Origin: a virus
Taxonomy: Duplodnaviria; Caudoviricetes
Length of the DNA stretch: 64,000 nt
Direction: 5' to 3' (one strand)
Virus record (IMG/VR): IMGVR_UViG_2687453119_000006
Span: 1 to 64,000 of that record
Below, piece after piece: positions 47,109-56,675 of this stretch; positions within the stretch are counted from its first letter, which is position 1, and the number at the start of each line of letters is the position of its first letter. The position numbers and the translations under genes are program-made. The notes beneath the pieces were generated by a model that saw only the letters and a list, made by a program, of their open reading frames with translations, was not told the origin of the DNA and searched no databases.

Positions 47109-48154
47109 TCACGCCGCCTTCTTAGGTGCGGGTGAAAGCTCTTCCTCGAAACGCAGCCACCTCACGCGGTCGGCGTCTCGAATGATGTATTGGCCTTGGC
47201 TGTGGCCGATGACCTGCCCGACGAACTTCGGCGCATTGCCGACCCGGGCCGATTGGACCCATTCGCCCTTCGCGTACTTCATGCGGCCTCGCTCGGCAGC
47301 TTGAAGTGCTCGTAGAGCCAGGTCGGGCCGAACTCGTTGCGGATGGCGTGCAGCGCCGGGTGCTCCTTGCCGGACCGGTCACGCCAGATGCGGGCGTTGT
47401 ACCAGTAGGTCATGGAGAGGGTGTCGCGCCACTTCTTGCCATGCGCCGCGGCGAAGGCCGTGATGGACTCCATTTCATCGGCGAGGAGCCGTCGATACTG
47501 GCTCATGATGCTTGCCCCTCCTCGGCCGCAGCGGGCTGGTCGTCGAGACCTCGCAGCTGGGCGATCAACTCGCGGGTTAGGCGGGCTTCATCGGGGTGGC
47601 CAAGCTCCTCGTCGCTATCCTCCATCGCGATCAAGGCAGCGATGATGCGGTGGAGGCCGCCACGGAAGATCACGTCCCGATCGGCAGCGGTGACAATCGT
47701 CGGGCGCACGTATCCCGTGCCCTCGACGTAGTCGTACTTCTTCTCGATGATCTCATGGACCACCATCTCCGGCTGGTAGATGTTGGAGGTGATGACCGCA
47801 GCGCGGATCAGATCGGTCCAGTCGCTAGGCTTGTCGCCCCAGCCCTTGACCATGTCCAGATCGACCGAGAACGTCATGGTGATGGCGCAGCGCTTCTTCA
47901 TGTCAGGCTCTCCCGGGTTTAGCCCAGACGCCGGCCGCCACCTCGTACATGCGAGGGGTGCAGTAGCCGACGAACTTGGCGCCGCAGTCGAGCGCGAAGG
48001 CAGCGTCGCGGCGGTCGGTGGTGACGTAGGCGCGGCCGGCTTCGTCCTCGAAGGTGAAGGTCGGCAGGCCTTGGCGGAGGTAGTGGTCGGCCGCCTTGAG
48101 CGCGCGGACGCGGCTCTCGATGATGACGGGATCGGTGTGTGGCATCAGGTCCAT
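47109..48154 (-). other. Four small early genes (47109-47282, 47279-47506, 47503-47901, 47903-48154)
   Basis: Coupled ORFs with SD sequences. Confidence 0.6.
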
Positions 48155-48262
48155 GGCTTCCTCGTGGTCGCTATTTGCACGAAGGCGAACGCAAATGCAA
48201 GTGCAAATGCGCCCTAATTCGAGCAAATTTCTATGAGAGAAAAGAGAGTGCGGGAGGCCCGA

Positions 48263-48538
48263 TCAGGGCCTCGCGGGGGTCTCCAGACCACCCGGGATAA
48301 TTCGCAATTTCGGCCCCCGAAAATGTCCAAAGGCGGAATTATTCGCCACGAGGATTGAATTTTCGAAGGCCGCCTCCAGCTCCTCGACCGTGTTCCTGAT
48401 CACGGAGACGGGGATGCCACGAGAGCCCAGGACGCAGGCCGCCTCGGCCAGCAGAGCGCTCTGACTGGGGGTAATGCCGGACCGGAGAGAGTAGGTCTGG
48501 TAGGCACGCAACAGACGATCGCGCATCGGTTCCTCCAT
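48263..48538 (-). CDS. Hypothetical protein
   Basis: Intact ORF; C-terminal LRIIPGG motif common in alphaproteobacteria. Confidence 0.5.
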   Translation of the reverse strand: MEEPMRDRLLRAYQTYSLRSGITPSQSALLAEAACVLGSRGIPVSVIRNTVEELEAAFENSILVANNSAFGHFRGPKLRIIPGGLETPARP

Positions 48539-49010
48539 GCGTCGAGCAAGCCGGACCAGCCGGCGGTGATTTCAGGAAACCCCTTCAGATCCAGCGTATC
48601 GTGGGCCGTCCGCCAATCGCGGGCCGCCCGACCATCAGCACCTCAGGCTTAAGCAGCCATAGGAGGAGCAAGGGACATGAGAGATGCCAGTAGAGGGTTC
48701 AGGGATGGGGATGAGTCAGGCACGATTGCAGTGGTCGTGACCGGCAGCATCGCCAGTTTGAGGCTCATACGAAGCACAAACAGCCAGCGATTAGCCAACC
48801 TGAGACGGACCAGCCAATTTTTCGCCGCGCCGCCTCTTGCGCATCCCATAAAAGGAAATTGCATTTTCGCGTCCTTCAGGGCACGGATTTGCATCTGTGA
48901 GCACAAGATCTAGTGCCGGACAGGTGCAAATCGGTACTCAGATATGCAAATCACCGGGCTGGTATCGCCCGATGATCTACATCTTGTGCATTCATGCAAA
49001 CGACAGGGCG

Positions 49011-49990
49011 TCAGCGCATGGGTGCGAGGCGCTCGATCCAGTCGTCGACGTAGCGATGGGCCTGCACACCGCGCTCGTCCTTGAGGACAGCTTCGCGGAA
49101 CTGGCGCTTGATCGTGCCGGACTGGTCGAAGAGCTGCGGCCGGGTGTCGAGCAGCTGCTTGAGGCGGGTGTGTGCGCGCCGGATGCCGAACTGCTTAGCC
49201 ATGGAGGCCTCCCATCATGATGCCGGCGAAGGCGAACAGCATGAGGATGATGCAGCCGGTGGAGAACTCCACCTTGGCGTTGAGGATCTTGCTGATCATG
49301 TGCGTGCCTTCGTGGTCAGGCCGAAGCCGCCGATGGTGATGCGCTTCGAGAACGGGTTGATCTGGATGACACCCCGGGCCCGGCCGGATGCGTCCTCGAC
49401 GGTGATGGTGCGGTTCTGCCGGTAGTCGGGCAGCTCGCAGTCCTTGCCGGTCGCGTACGGGTCACGCGGACGCCGCTTACGGGGCTTCTCGAACGCGATA
49501 CGCGCACGCGGTGCCGGATCGTGGATGGACTTCGGCTCGGCGCGACGCGACACCGGGACGAGGCCAGGCGTGACCGCCTTGCAGTCGGGCAGGTCGAAGG
49601 TCTCGTACTCCGTGATGAAGTCGCTGAACCGCGCGTAGCTCTCCGCATCCTCGTCGACGTGTGCGACGGGGGCAGGGGCTTGGGTGTGCTTCCGCTTGAC
49701 GCGCTGGGCCTTGGCCAGCTCGACGGTGCGGAGGATGGCTGCGATGTTGCGGGACATGGCGCGGTACCTCATCACACGAGTTCAAGGGAGAGGTTGCGGG
49801 CGATGACTTGGCCCCAGTCGCCGAGCCGGCCGTATTCCTCGGTGAGGTAGCCGTGCATCTCGTCGCTATCCATGAACGAAAGCTCGTCCCGGAGGCTCAG
49901 GATGAGGTCGTCGGGGACGCTGCGAGGGATGGCGTGGGTACGCCGCAGATTGTCGGCGACGTTGCGCCGCACGGATGCTGTGCGAAACAT
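49011..49990 (-). other. Early genes 49011-49202, 49296-49775, 49772-49990 plus a small membrane ORF
   Basis: Coupled ORFs with SD sequences. Confidence 0.55.
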
Positions 49991-50194
49991 TGGGTAGGCT
50001 CCGGACTGGATAGGGGGTGGGGGTCGAGTGACCCGGCGTGGAAAATTGCCAAAATGAAATGGGACGTGTGCATTTCTGTCCGTCCGGAAGGCTCCGGACC
50101 CCCGGAGAAAATCCGGGTGCAAGGCAGCACCAAAACCCCACCCGATCGCTCGGGTGAGGCTAGGTCTACTCCGCGGGTTTTGTGGGGGCGGCGC

Positions 50195-50962
50195 TTAGGC
50201 CGCGATCAGTTCCGGCGTTGCGTCCGCGATCGCTTCCGCGTCGTCGCTGGCGAAAGCCTCCGTAACAGCGGCCTCCGTTGCGACCCGTTCGAGGTAGAGC
50301 GCCTGAATACGCTCCGCCAGAATGGCCAAGTCAGTCATGGTCATGTCGCCAGCGCGCTTAAGCATGGCGTCAATCGGGTTGACTTCCTGCTTTTGCTTTG
50401 GCGTCGGCGCCAAGGCGGACTCCAGCGCGGCATAGGTCGTGCCGTAGGTTTCCGCGACGAACGAATGGAAATGTTCCATCTGCCCGTTAGCGTCGGCGCC
50501 GGCCTCTTTCAGCGCGCGAAGGTTTCGCAGCGTGTCCGCGTGATTGGTGACGACGTCCGCCATCAAGCGCATGGATTGCGTCTTGAGCCGGGCGAGACCA
50601 TCGATAAGGCGCGACCCCTTGACCTTCTTATCGATATACTCCGCCGCCGCCTTGCGCCGCGTTTCCGGCTTCATTGCCGCGAAGGCGTCGACAATGTGCG
50701 CGGTATCGCGCCAAACCGGGTTGCCCTTGAAAGCGAACTCTTTCAGGAAGGCGCGGAACGTGGCCTTATTGGCCTTAATGGAAGCGTCCGACTCGAGCGT
50801 TTCGCCCGTTTCCATCCGTTCCAGCTGCTTAGCAGCCAGCACAAGGCCAAGGGCCACGGTTGCGTCATAGCAGGCGGAGTCGACGTTCCCGACGCTCTTA
50901 ACAGCGGCGTTAAGGGCAATCTGCCCCAGCGTCTTAGGGTTGTTTGCGGGCGAGTTGGTCAT
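50195..50962 (-). CDS. Ala-rich helical protein, first gene of the leftward arm
   Basis: SD AAGGA; distinct codon usage; ends LIAA. Confidence 0.75.
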   Translation of the reverse strand: MTNSPANNPKTLGQIALNAAVKSVGNVDSACYDATVALGLVLAAKQLERMETGETLESDASIKANKATFRAFLKEFAFKGNPVWRDTAHIVDAFAAMKPETRRKAAAEYIDKKVKGSRLIDGLARLKTQSMRLMADVVTNHADTLRNLRALKEAGADANGQMEHFHSFVAETYGTTYAALESALAPTPKQKQEVNPIDAMLKRAGDMTMTDLAILAERIQALYLERVATEAAVTEAFASDDAEAIADATPELIAA

Positions 50963-51019
50963 GGTCTCTAGTCCTTTGCGTTTGTCCGGAGGCCCGGAGG
51001 AAATTTGCCGTTTTGACAA

Positions 51020-51500
51020 ACCTCCCCCGTTCCAAGAAACGTATGTTTCTCAGTCGGTTGCGCGTCTTGCGCGGGAGGCCCGGGCGCCGCGTTGCGTCCG
51101 TAGATCAACCATAGGACTCAACTCGATTTGATCCAATGGAAAAAATCGCACCATCTAACATATTGAAAACACAACGTTATTTCAGCTTTCCATTTCGAAC
51201 AATGCAAATGAAAACCAATGATTTGCGCAAGAATTCTACAGTGATATCAGAGACTTATCGGCATGGTTTGCACGATTCGAAATAGCCTTTGCAATTCGAC
51301 GTCTTGACACTGTCAAGATTGAGCACAAAGAAAGAACATTTCGGAATTTCATATTAGACTTTGGTCTAGTCTCAACAAAGAAAGAAAATTCCACGGAGGC
51401 CCGGTCAAGTAGAAGGATTTTTTTATTTGAGCATGCCCCTGTGTGGAGCGTCACCCCGAAACTTTCGACCGCTAAAAGGCCATTTTCCAAGTCCACGCAG
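51020..51500. promoter_or_regulatory. AT-rich control region with LexA-like boxes and TTGACA palindrome
   Basis: TCTTGACA-C-TGTCAAGA at 51302-51318; GCAC-AAAGAAA-GAAC at 51323-51337; CAAC-AAAGAAA-GAAA at 51373-51387. Confidence 0.55.
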
Positions 51501-51768
51501 CATCTTCGCCAATCCCCCTCCAGGAGCATCAGCCGAGCCCGTCCATGAGCCTGGCGGCCCCGGTCCGATACTCTGGACCCCGAGCTGGAGCCACTCTGGG
51601 CGGCCCCCGCAGCGCGTCGCCGCGGCGACCCCCATTGGCGTTTGCATTAGCGCAAACGTCCGAGCAAATCAAGAGGGGGATGGCCTGAAAAAAGACCCCC
51701 TCGATCGGGAGGTTCACCCGCGCGCCGCCACCCCTAAAAGGCCATTTGCGCCTTGGGCTCACGGCGGG

Positions 51769-52458
51769 CGTGGGTAGCGAGCGCTTCGCGCTACCGGAAG
51801 GACGCATCAATGGCCGCGTGGCCCCTGGTGGAAGGGGACCACATCGCCGTCCGCTGCGCGGATCACGGCCCTGGCCATCGGCGTCGGGTCGAACCCGAGA
51901 TCTGCGACCGCCTCGGCCACGCCCTGGCGCTGCAGCTCGGCGACGATCGCCTCGGTCACCTTCATCAGCCTGGCCGTCTCGGCGGCGCTGTCGGTCATGG
52001 TCGTGCCCTCGGTAGAGCCGAGATCATAGCACCACGCCGGCCGTGGGTAGCGAGCGCTCCGCGCTACCGGAAAGACTCTCCCCGGAACGCGGCGGCGATC
52101 TCGTAACCCTCTCCGGGCGCACCTATATGGCCGGCACGTTTCACGGCAGGAGGAGAACGAGATGTCGCTGAGCAACGAGTGGACCGAATGGCACCTGACG
52201 CCTGAGGGGTGGGTTCGCGGGACCGAGAAGGAAGACTTCCGAACGATCAACCGCGAGCCTCCGCCCGATCGGGTGAAGACTGTCGTCTACAAGCAGCGCC
52301 TCGCCTCGGTCTATTCGAAGCTGGAAGAGGGCCACAGCGTCACCTGGACCGCCAACGACAGCGCCGCGACATCCCGCCTTGAGACCAAATTCGGCCCCCG
52401 CCGCGCAATCTGTAGACCGTCGTCGTCGTCGAGCGCTTCGCGCTACTGGAAGAGACTC
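51769..52458. repeat. Three ~30-35-bp hairpin repeats (GGTAGCGAGCGCTTCGCGCTACCGGAA)
   Basis: Copies at 51769-51803, 52042-52076 and 52430-52458 (partial). Confidence 0.8.
51807..51998 (-). CDS. 63-aa hypothetical protein
   Basis: SD GAGGG; lies between repeats 1 and 2. Confidence 0.55.
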   Translation of the reverse strand: MTDSAAETARLMKVTEAIVAELQRQGVAEAVADLGFDPTPMARAVIRAADGDVVPFHQGPRGH

Positions 52459-52506
52459 CCGGGCCGAGGCGGCCTCCGCGGAACCGAATCGGCTCTTTGG
52501 GCGTAA
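52162..52506 (+). CDS. Hypothetical protein (3' end may be aberrant)
   Basis: SD AGGAGGAG; EWHLTP.GW motif; reads through repeat 3. Confidence 0.55.
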   Translation: MSLSNEWTEWHLTPEGWVRGTEKEDFRTINREPPPDRVKTVVYKQRLASVYSKLEEGHSVTWTANDSAATSRLETKFGPRRAICRPSSSSSASRYWKRLPGRGGLRGTESALWA

Positions 52507-52540
52507 TGTGTTTCGCGGGGGCATCCATCGGGGGAGAGCA

Positions 52541-52729
52541 GTGCCGAGTAAGGACTATCTCATCAGGCAGGTGGCCACGCTTCTCAAGTTTGCGAGGCTG
52601 ACCAGCGACCCTAGCGTCGCCGCCGTGCTTCTCGACAAGGCTGCCGATCTTAACGAGAAGGTGGATGAGTTGCCGTCACTCCAGGCCGACATGAGCCCCA
52701 GTCCCCCAGACGTCCTGCCAACGGAATAG
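52541..52729 (+). CDS. Small Bradyrhizobium-type hypothetical protein
   Basis: SD GGGGAG, GTG start; YL.RQ.ATLLKFA. Confidence 0.6.
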   Translation: MPSKDYLIRQVATLLKFARLTSDPSVAAVLLDKAADLNEKVDELPSLQADMSPSPPDVLPTE

Positions 52730-52731
52730 CG

Positions 52732-52935
52732 ATGGCGCGTTTCTTCTTTAACCTTGAGGGTGGGCAAAATACGGAGGATCCAGGCGGGTTCGCATTCGAG
52801 ACCGAGATTGATGCTTTCCGTGCGGCGGAAAGATTCGCGACGGAGTTGGGCAGTAGGCGGCCCACCTTGCGGGGCAATACCTGCGTGGTGGTCACCCGCA
52901 ATGACCGGCGCGAGGTCTACTACGTCGGCGTGTGA
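52732..52935 (+). CDS. DUF6894-like protein
   Basis: MARFFFNL..D..G pattern. Confidence 0.65.
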   Translation: MARFFFNLEGGQNTEDPGGFAFETEIDAFRAAERFATELGSRRPTLRGNTCVVVTRNDRREVYYVGV

Positions 52936-53051
52936 GGGCAGCCACCGGTCGCTTGCGTTACAGAATCCTTCACGACGACTCCAGAATGACGCCCGACTTT
53001 CGAGAACGGGGTTCATTGATTTATTAGAGTTTGGGCTTAGTGAACTCGCTC

Positions 53052-53123
53052 ATGGAAAAGCGAGCTGCAGAGCGCAGGCGGGTGCTGAAGACCGGCGTGA
53101 TAGAATTTCCCGGCGGTGCGTTT
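53052..53123 (+). pseudogene. Truncated PilZ-domain gene (N-terminus only)
   Basis: MEKRAAERRRVLKTGVIEFPGG carries the RxxxR motif, then loses similarity. Confidence 0.5.
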
Positions 53124-53250
53124 CGGCAGGGGGTCAAGCGCCGATGGCCCGCTGTCATGAGCCACGAGTCAGCCGGCTCGATTGCGGGACGTGATGCCGC
53201 CACGTGATCGGCGAAGATGTGCCGATCACAGTCGCTGCAAGCAGCCGATC

Positions 53251-54291
53251 TTACCTTCGACGAGACCGACCTGAAGCTTTTGGAGCGGGCGTAGCGGTAG
53301 GAACAAGTGCCGCCGTCGGAGGAGGAACCGGTGTATACCGCTCTGTTGCGGCGACTCGACCACTAATGCGAATCTCAACGTCGCAATCGCCCGTCGCCGC
53401 CCAAACCTCAACGCATATTTCCTCAGGTGTATCTCTCGTTACACTCCAGCCGCTCCGGCCTCCTGTAGAAAGATCGACCAAATGACCGCTACCTGGCTCC
53501 AGATAAGCTTCAGGCTTGCTGGGATGTATACAACCTGAGCTCGTGCGCCGCTGACACCAACCGTCTTCTCTGCCACTTCCGCCCGACGATATCGCAATGG
53601 GCTTACTTTCCGAAATTGCCACCTTGCGAGGTTCGGGGACATCACCCAGCAGATAGAGCGTCTTTTCCTTTTTGCCGACTTCTAGCGTCACAACGGTGTC
53701 ATCATAGGGAGAGTTCTTCTTAACATCGATCGGTTGGGGGTCGCCTTTTGTCCAAGATCCGGGGTCTGGCTTTCTGATCAATGTGCCGCCCGTGATATTC
53801 CAGTAAGTCTCTCTCGCTTTCGCTTCTCCAGCATTATCGCCGATCCAGAAGGCATTGAGCGTGTAGAAGGTTTTCACGCGCTTCGCGACCCACATTCGAA
53901 GACCTGCGCCCTGCTTGTCTGCGTTCAGGCAATTCGAATACATTTCAGCAGCCTTCTCTGACAGCTGCTGTGAGCTGTATTGGAGATACTGAGATCGTTC
54001 GTAGTCAAGCTTGCGGGTCTGAGCTTCCTTCAATGCAGCCTGCTTCGCTTCGTCATAGTTGAGAGAGCCGTTATATAGCCCGTATCCGCCGGCCACTCCC
54101 CAAGACTTCCTCGCGGCTTCATATTGCTCCTTGGTGGCTGTCAGCAGGAAGGAGATCTTCAACTGCTCGCTCCAAGTGATGTTAGTGATGTCCTTGACCA
54201 TAAACTCTGCCGGGACGCACTCCGAGCGAGCGCCCGCAGTTGAAAGAAGAAGAAAACCGACGGCCGAAGCGGACTTAAATAGAGACCTCAT
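53251..54291 (-). CDS. Exported Cys-containing protein (moron)
   Basis: Signal peptide; lower GC. Confidence 0.75.
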   Translation of the reverse strand: MRSLFKSASAVGFLLLSTAGARSECVPAEFMVKDITNITWSEQLKISFLLTATKEQYEAARKSWGVAGGYGLYNGSLNYDEAKQAALKEAQTRKLDYERSQYLQYSSQQLSEKAAEMYSNCLNADKQGAGLRMWVAKRVKTFYTLNAFWIGDNAGEAKARETYWNITGGTLIRKPDPGSWTKGDPQPIDVKKNSPYDDTVVTLEVGKKEKTLYLLGDVPEPRKVAISESKPIAISSGGSGREDGWCQRRTSSGCIHPSKPEAYLEPGSGHLVDLSTGGRSGWSVTRDTPEEICVEVWAATGDCDVEIRISGRVAATERYTPVPPPTAALVPTATPAPKASGRSRRR

Positions 54292-54455
54292 TGCCAACCT
54301 CCATTTTGCAAATGCACAAGGTTACGCCGATAAGAGCGATCGTAGCACGTCGTGCATCCAGCAATAGACTGGTTGCAGAAAATAATTCGTACATCCATAT
54401 GGTGCGCTGCAAATGCAATCCATAGAGCTGCCGTCGTCCGTATCAAGGAGGACGG

Positions 54456-54569
54456 ATGGTCGATCACGTCATGAAGATGGAAGATGCCGTTGCGCTGATC
54501 GATGCCCGCGCTCCGGCTCAGGTTCGCGGCTCCTACAAGAAGCGCGAAGCGGTCGAAAATTCAAACTGA
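54456..54569 (+). pseudogene. C-terminal remnant of an IS1-family-like transposase with IS end
   Basis: DHV..MED.VALID...RGSYKK..NSN* followed by GACAC. Confidence 0.5.
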
Positions 54570-54597
54570 GACACCTGCGTCGAGCGTCTCAAGAAGC

Positions 54598-55194
54598 TCA
54601 GAATTGATCTTGGACGCGACTGAAGGCTGGGTGCTGGCGGTTCTTCACCTTGATCCACTCGCAGGTCCGCGGCCGGTAGCGCCGCTCACGGTGCTTGCTC
54701 ACCAAACCCTCGAGACCCATGCGGCAGGCCGCCCAGAATAGATCTGGCCCGATCTCACCCTGCTCGAACGGCGCCACGAAGATGCCCTCGGGTCGGCGGT
54801 GCAGGAGCTTTGCCAGCCGGCTCTTGCGCTCGAACAGCGGCAGGTCCCGCAGGTCGTCGCCATCGAGCACGACCAGGTCGAAGGCATAGAGCTGGGCGTC
54901 GTCGTTGTAGTGGCCGGAGTGCAGCCAGTCGAACTGCGAGATGCCGCGCACGTCGAGCACGCAGATCTCGCCATCAATGACGAAACGCTGCTGCTTCATC
55001 TTCAGAGCCGCCTCGACGATCATCGGATAGCGCCAGGTCCAGTCGAGGCCAGCCTTCGAGAGCACCTTCACATCCTTGCCATCGCGGACCACGCGCCCGC
55101 GGTAGCCGTCGTACTTCACCTCATGGATCCAATCGGGGCCGGCCGGGACCACCTTCTTGGCCGCCGGCCGGCAGAACTCGAACTTTGTGGGCAT
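54598..55194 (-). CDS. ATP-dependent DNA ligase (LigD-type ligase domain)
   Basis: HEVKYDGYR, IDGE, YAFD, EGLVSK, WIKVK. Confidence 0.9.
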   Translation of the reverse strand: MPTKFEFCRPAAKKVVPAGPDWIHEVKYDGYRGRVVRDGKDVKVLSKAGLDWTWRYPMIVEAALKMKQQRFVIDGEICVLDVRGISQFDWLHSGHYNDDAQLYAFDLVVLDGDDLRDLPLFERKSRLAKLLHRRPEGIFVAPFEQGEIGPDLFWAACRMGLEGLVSKHRERRYRPRTCEWIKVKNRQHPAFSRVQDQF

Positions 55195-55241
55195 GGCCGG
55201 TATCTATGCATTGAGCGGCAAGAAAAAAGCTATTCTCTGCA

Positions 55242-55952
55242 TTAGTCACGCGCCATCGGCTCCGTCTCCCCCCAGTCGTTTGGATCGTGTAGTTTGGGTT
55301 CGCATAATTCTCCACCAAAGCATGACTGATTGACCTCGGAGAGGTGCTTAATGTTCTCCCAACGTTGCAGTAGGCAATCAATCTGGAAGAGTTCGAATTT
55401 CGAGAAGGGTATCTCCATCACTCCCTTCTCCTCGGTTCTGATGGCCACTCTCACGATTTTCCAGCCTCCTTTTGGGTCAATACATTCGGTCCACCGCTCC
55501 GAAATCACACTCACAAGCCCGCTGAACGCCGCATCGAATGCTCTCTTCAGGGCCCACGAGGACGCTGCTGCGGTCACTACTGGATGATTTTGGGCCAAGT
55601 GCCGCGCGAAGTCCGCGTAGTAGTGGAGATCGGGAATGAACACCTCTAGTCCGGTCTCATGCGTCAGAAGCACGAACTTCAGGCCGATCTCTTTTCCCGC
55701 ATCATCCAGGCATGGCACTTGCAGGAAATAAGACCACGATGGCAGTGTACGATATTCATCCCAAAGCGTTATTTTCTCAGAAAGCTTTCTCATTTTTGCG
55801 CCGAGTTCTTGCTCTATTTCGGCAACAAGCTTTGCGTAGTTAGACTTCTCTACGACATGAAAATCGGGAATGAACTTAATTGCAATCTTGTAATCTTTGT
55901 AGATTTCTCGCTTCGAACTGTAGATCTTGGGTTCGGTCTGATCGGTCACCAT
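55242..55952 (-). CDS. Hypothetical protein (low-GC moron)
   Basis: SD GGGAGG; AT-richer ORF. Confidence 0.65.
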   Translation of the reverse strand: MVTDQTEPKIYSSKREIYKDYKIAIKFIPDFHVVEKSNYAKLVAEIEQELGAKMRKLSEKITLWDEYRTLPSWSYFLQVPCLDDAGKEIGLKFVLLTHETGLEVFIPDLHYYADFARHLAQNHPVVTAAASSWALKRAFDAAFSGLVSVISERWTECIDPKGGWKIVRVAIRTEEKGVMEIPFSKFELFQIDCLLQRWENIKHLSEVNQSCFGGELCEPKLHDPNDWGETEPMARD

Positions 55953-56020
55953 AGCAACCTCCCTAGGTTGAACCTTTGGCAAAACCTACCCGGAGCCGCG
56001 GTCCGGGTTGACCAACTGTA

Positions 56021-56368
56021 TCAGAACTCCCTCAGGGGCAGCAGCAGCTGCACGCCGATTGGCCGGCCGGTGAAGCGCTCGATGAACTCCCGCACCGTCT
56101 CTGTGACCTCATGCCCTTCGGCGACCCGCTGCTCCAGCTCCTTGGCGACATCTTCGGAGGCGTCGCGCGACCAGCCTTCAAGCGGATTGAACGCCACCAC
56201 GCGCAGCGGATGCTCGTATTGGCCGGTGAGGAGGTCGCTGATCAGGGTCCGGTAGTCAGTCCGGTCCTCGTCCGTCTCACGCCACGCCGGGCCGCTGCTG
56301 AAATCCTCCAGCACCAGGTACATGTCCCGGTCGAGCCGGTCTGCTGGGATGATCGAGGGCGAGGCCAT
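56021..56368 (-). CDS. Bradyrhizobium-type hypothetical protein
   Basis: YLVLEDF..G.AWRETDE, RVVAFN..EGWSRD. Confidence 0.75.
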   Translation of the reverse strand: MASPSIIPADRLDRDMYLVLEDFSSGPAWRETDEDRTDYRTLISDLLTGQYEHPLRVVAFNPLEGWSRDASEDVAKELEQRVAEGHEVTETVREFIERFTGRPIGVQLLLPLREF

Positions 56369-56408
56369 ACGCTGAACTCCACTGACCGGAGTCCAAGGTA
56401 TGGCGCTG

Positions 56409-56675
56409 TTAACCCAAATGCGAGCCGCTTCCGTCGAGAATCCTGACGTAGGTGCCGCTCTCGTGCAGGAACAGGATCTTGCGATCGACGAGGAGGTCGA
56501 GGCCGGCCTTGTACTCGGCCGCCGTGCCCTTGTCGCGGAAGAGGAATGGGTAGTTGATCTTCTCGATGTGCAGCCGGCCGTCCTGCACCGGCTCGACCTC
56601 CCGGCAAATCTCCAGGAGCCGCCTGGCAGCAGCCTCTGGCTTCGCATAAGGCCGTTCCTCGATCATCTTCTTCAT
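56409..56675 (-). CDS. Bradyrhizobium-type hypothetical protein
   Basis: PEAAAR.L.E, QDGR..IEKIN, HESGTY. Confidence 0.7.
   Translation of the reverse strand: MKKMIEERPYAKPEAAARRLLEICREVEPVQDGRLHIEKINYPFLFRDKGTAAEYKAGLDLLVDRKILFLHESGTYVRILDGSGSHLG

Noticed and set aside
51769-52458. 35-bp repeats as a CRISPR array or integron attC sites
   Set aside because: Spacing is 270-390 bp, there is no cas or intI gene, and no RYYYAAC/GTTRRRY ends.
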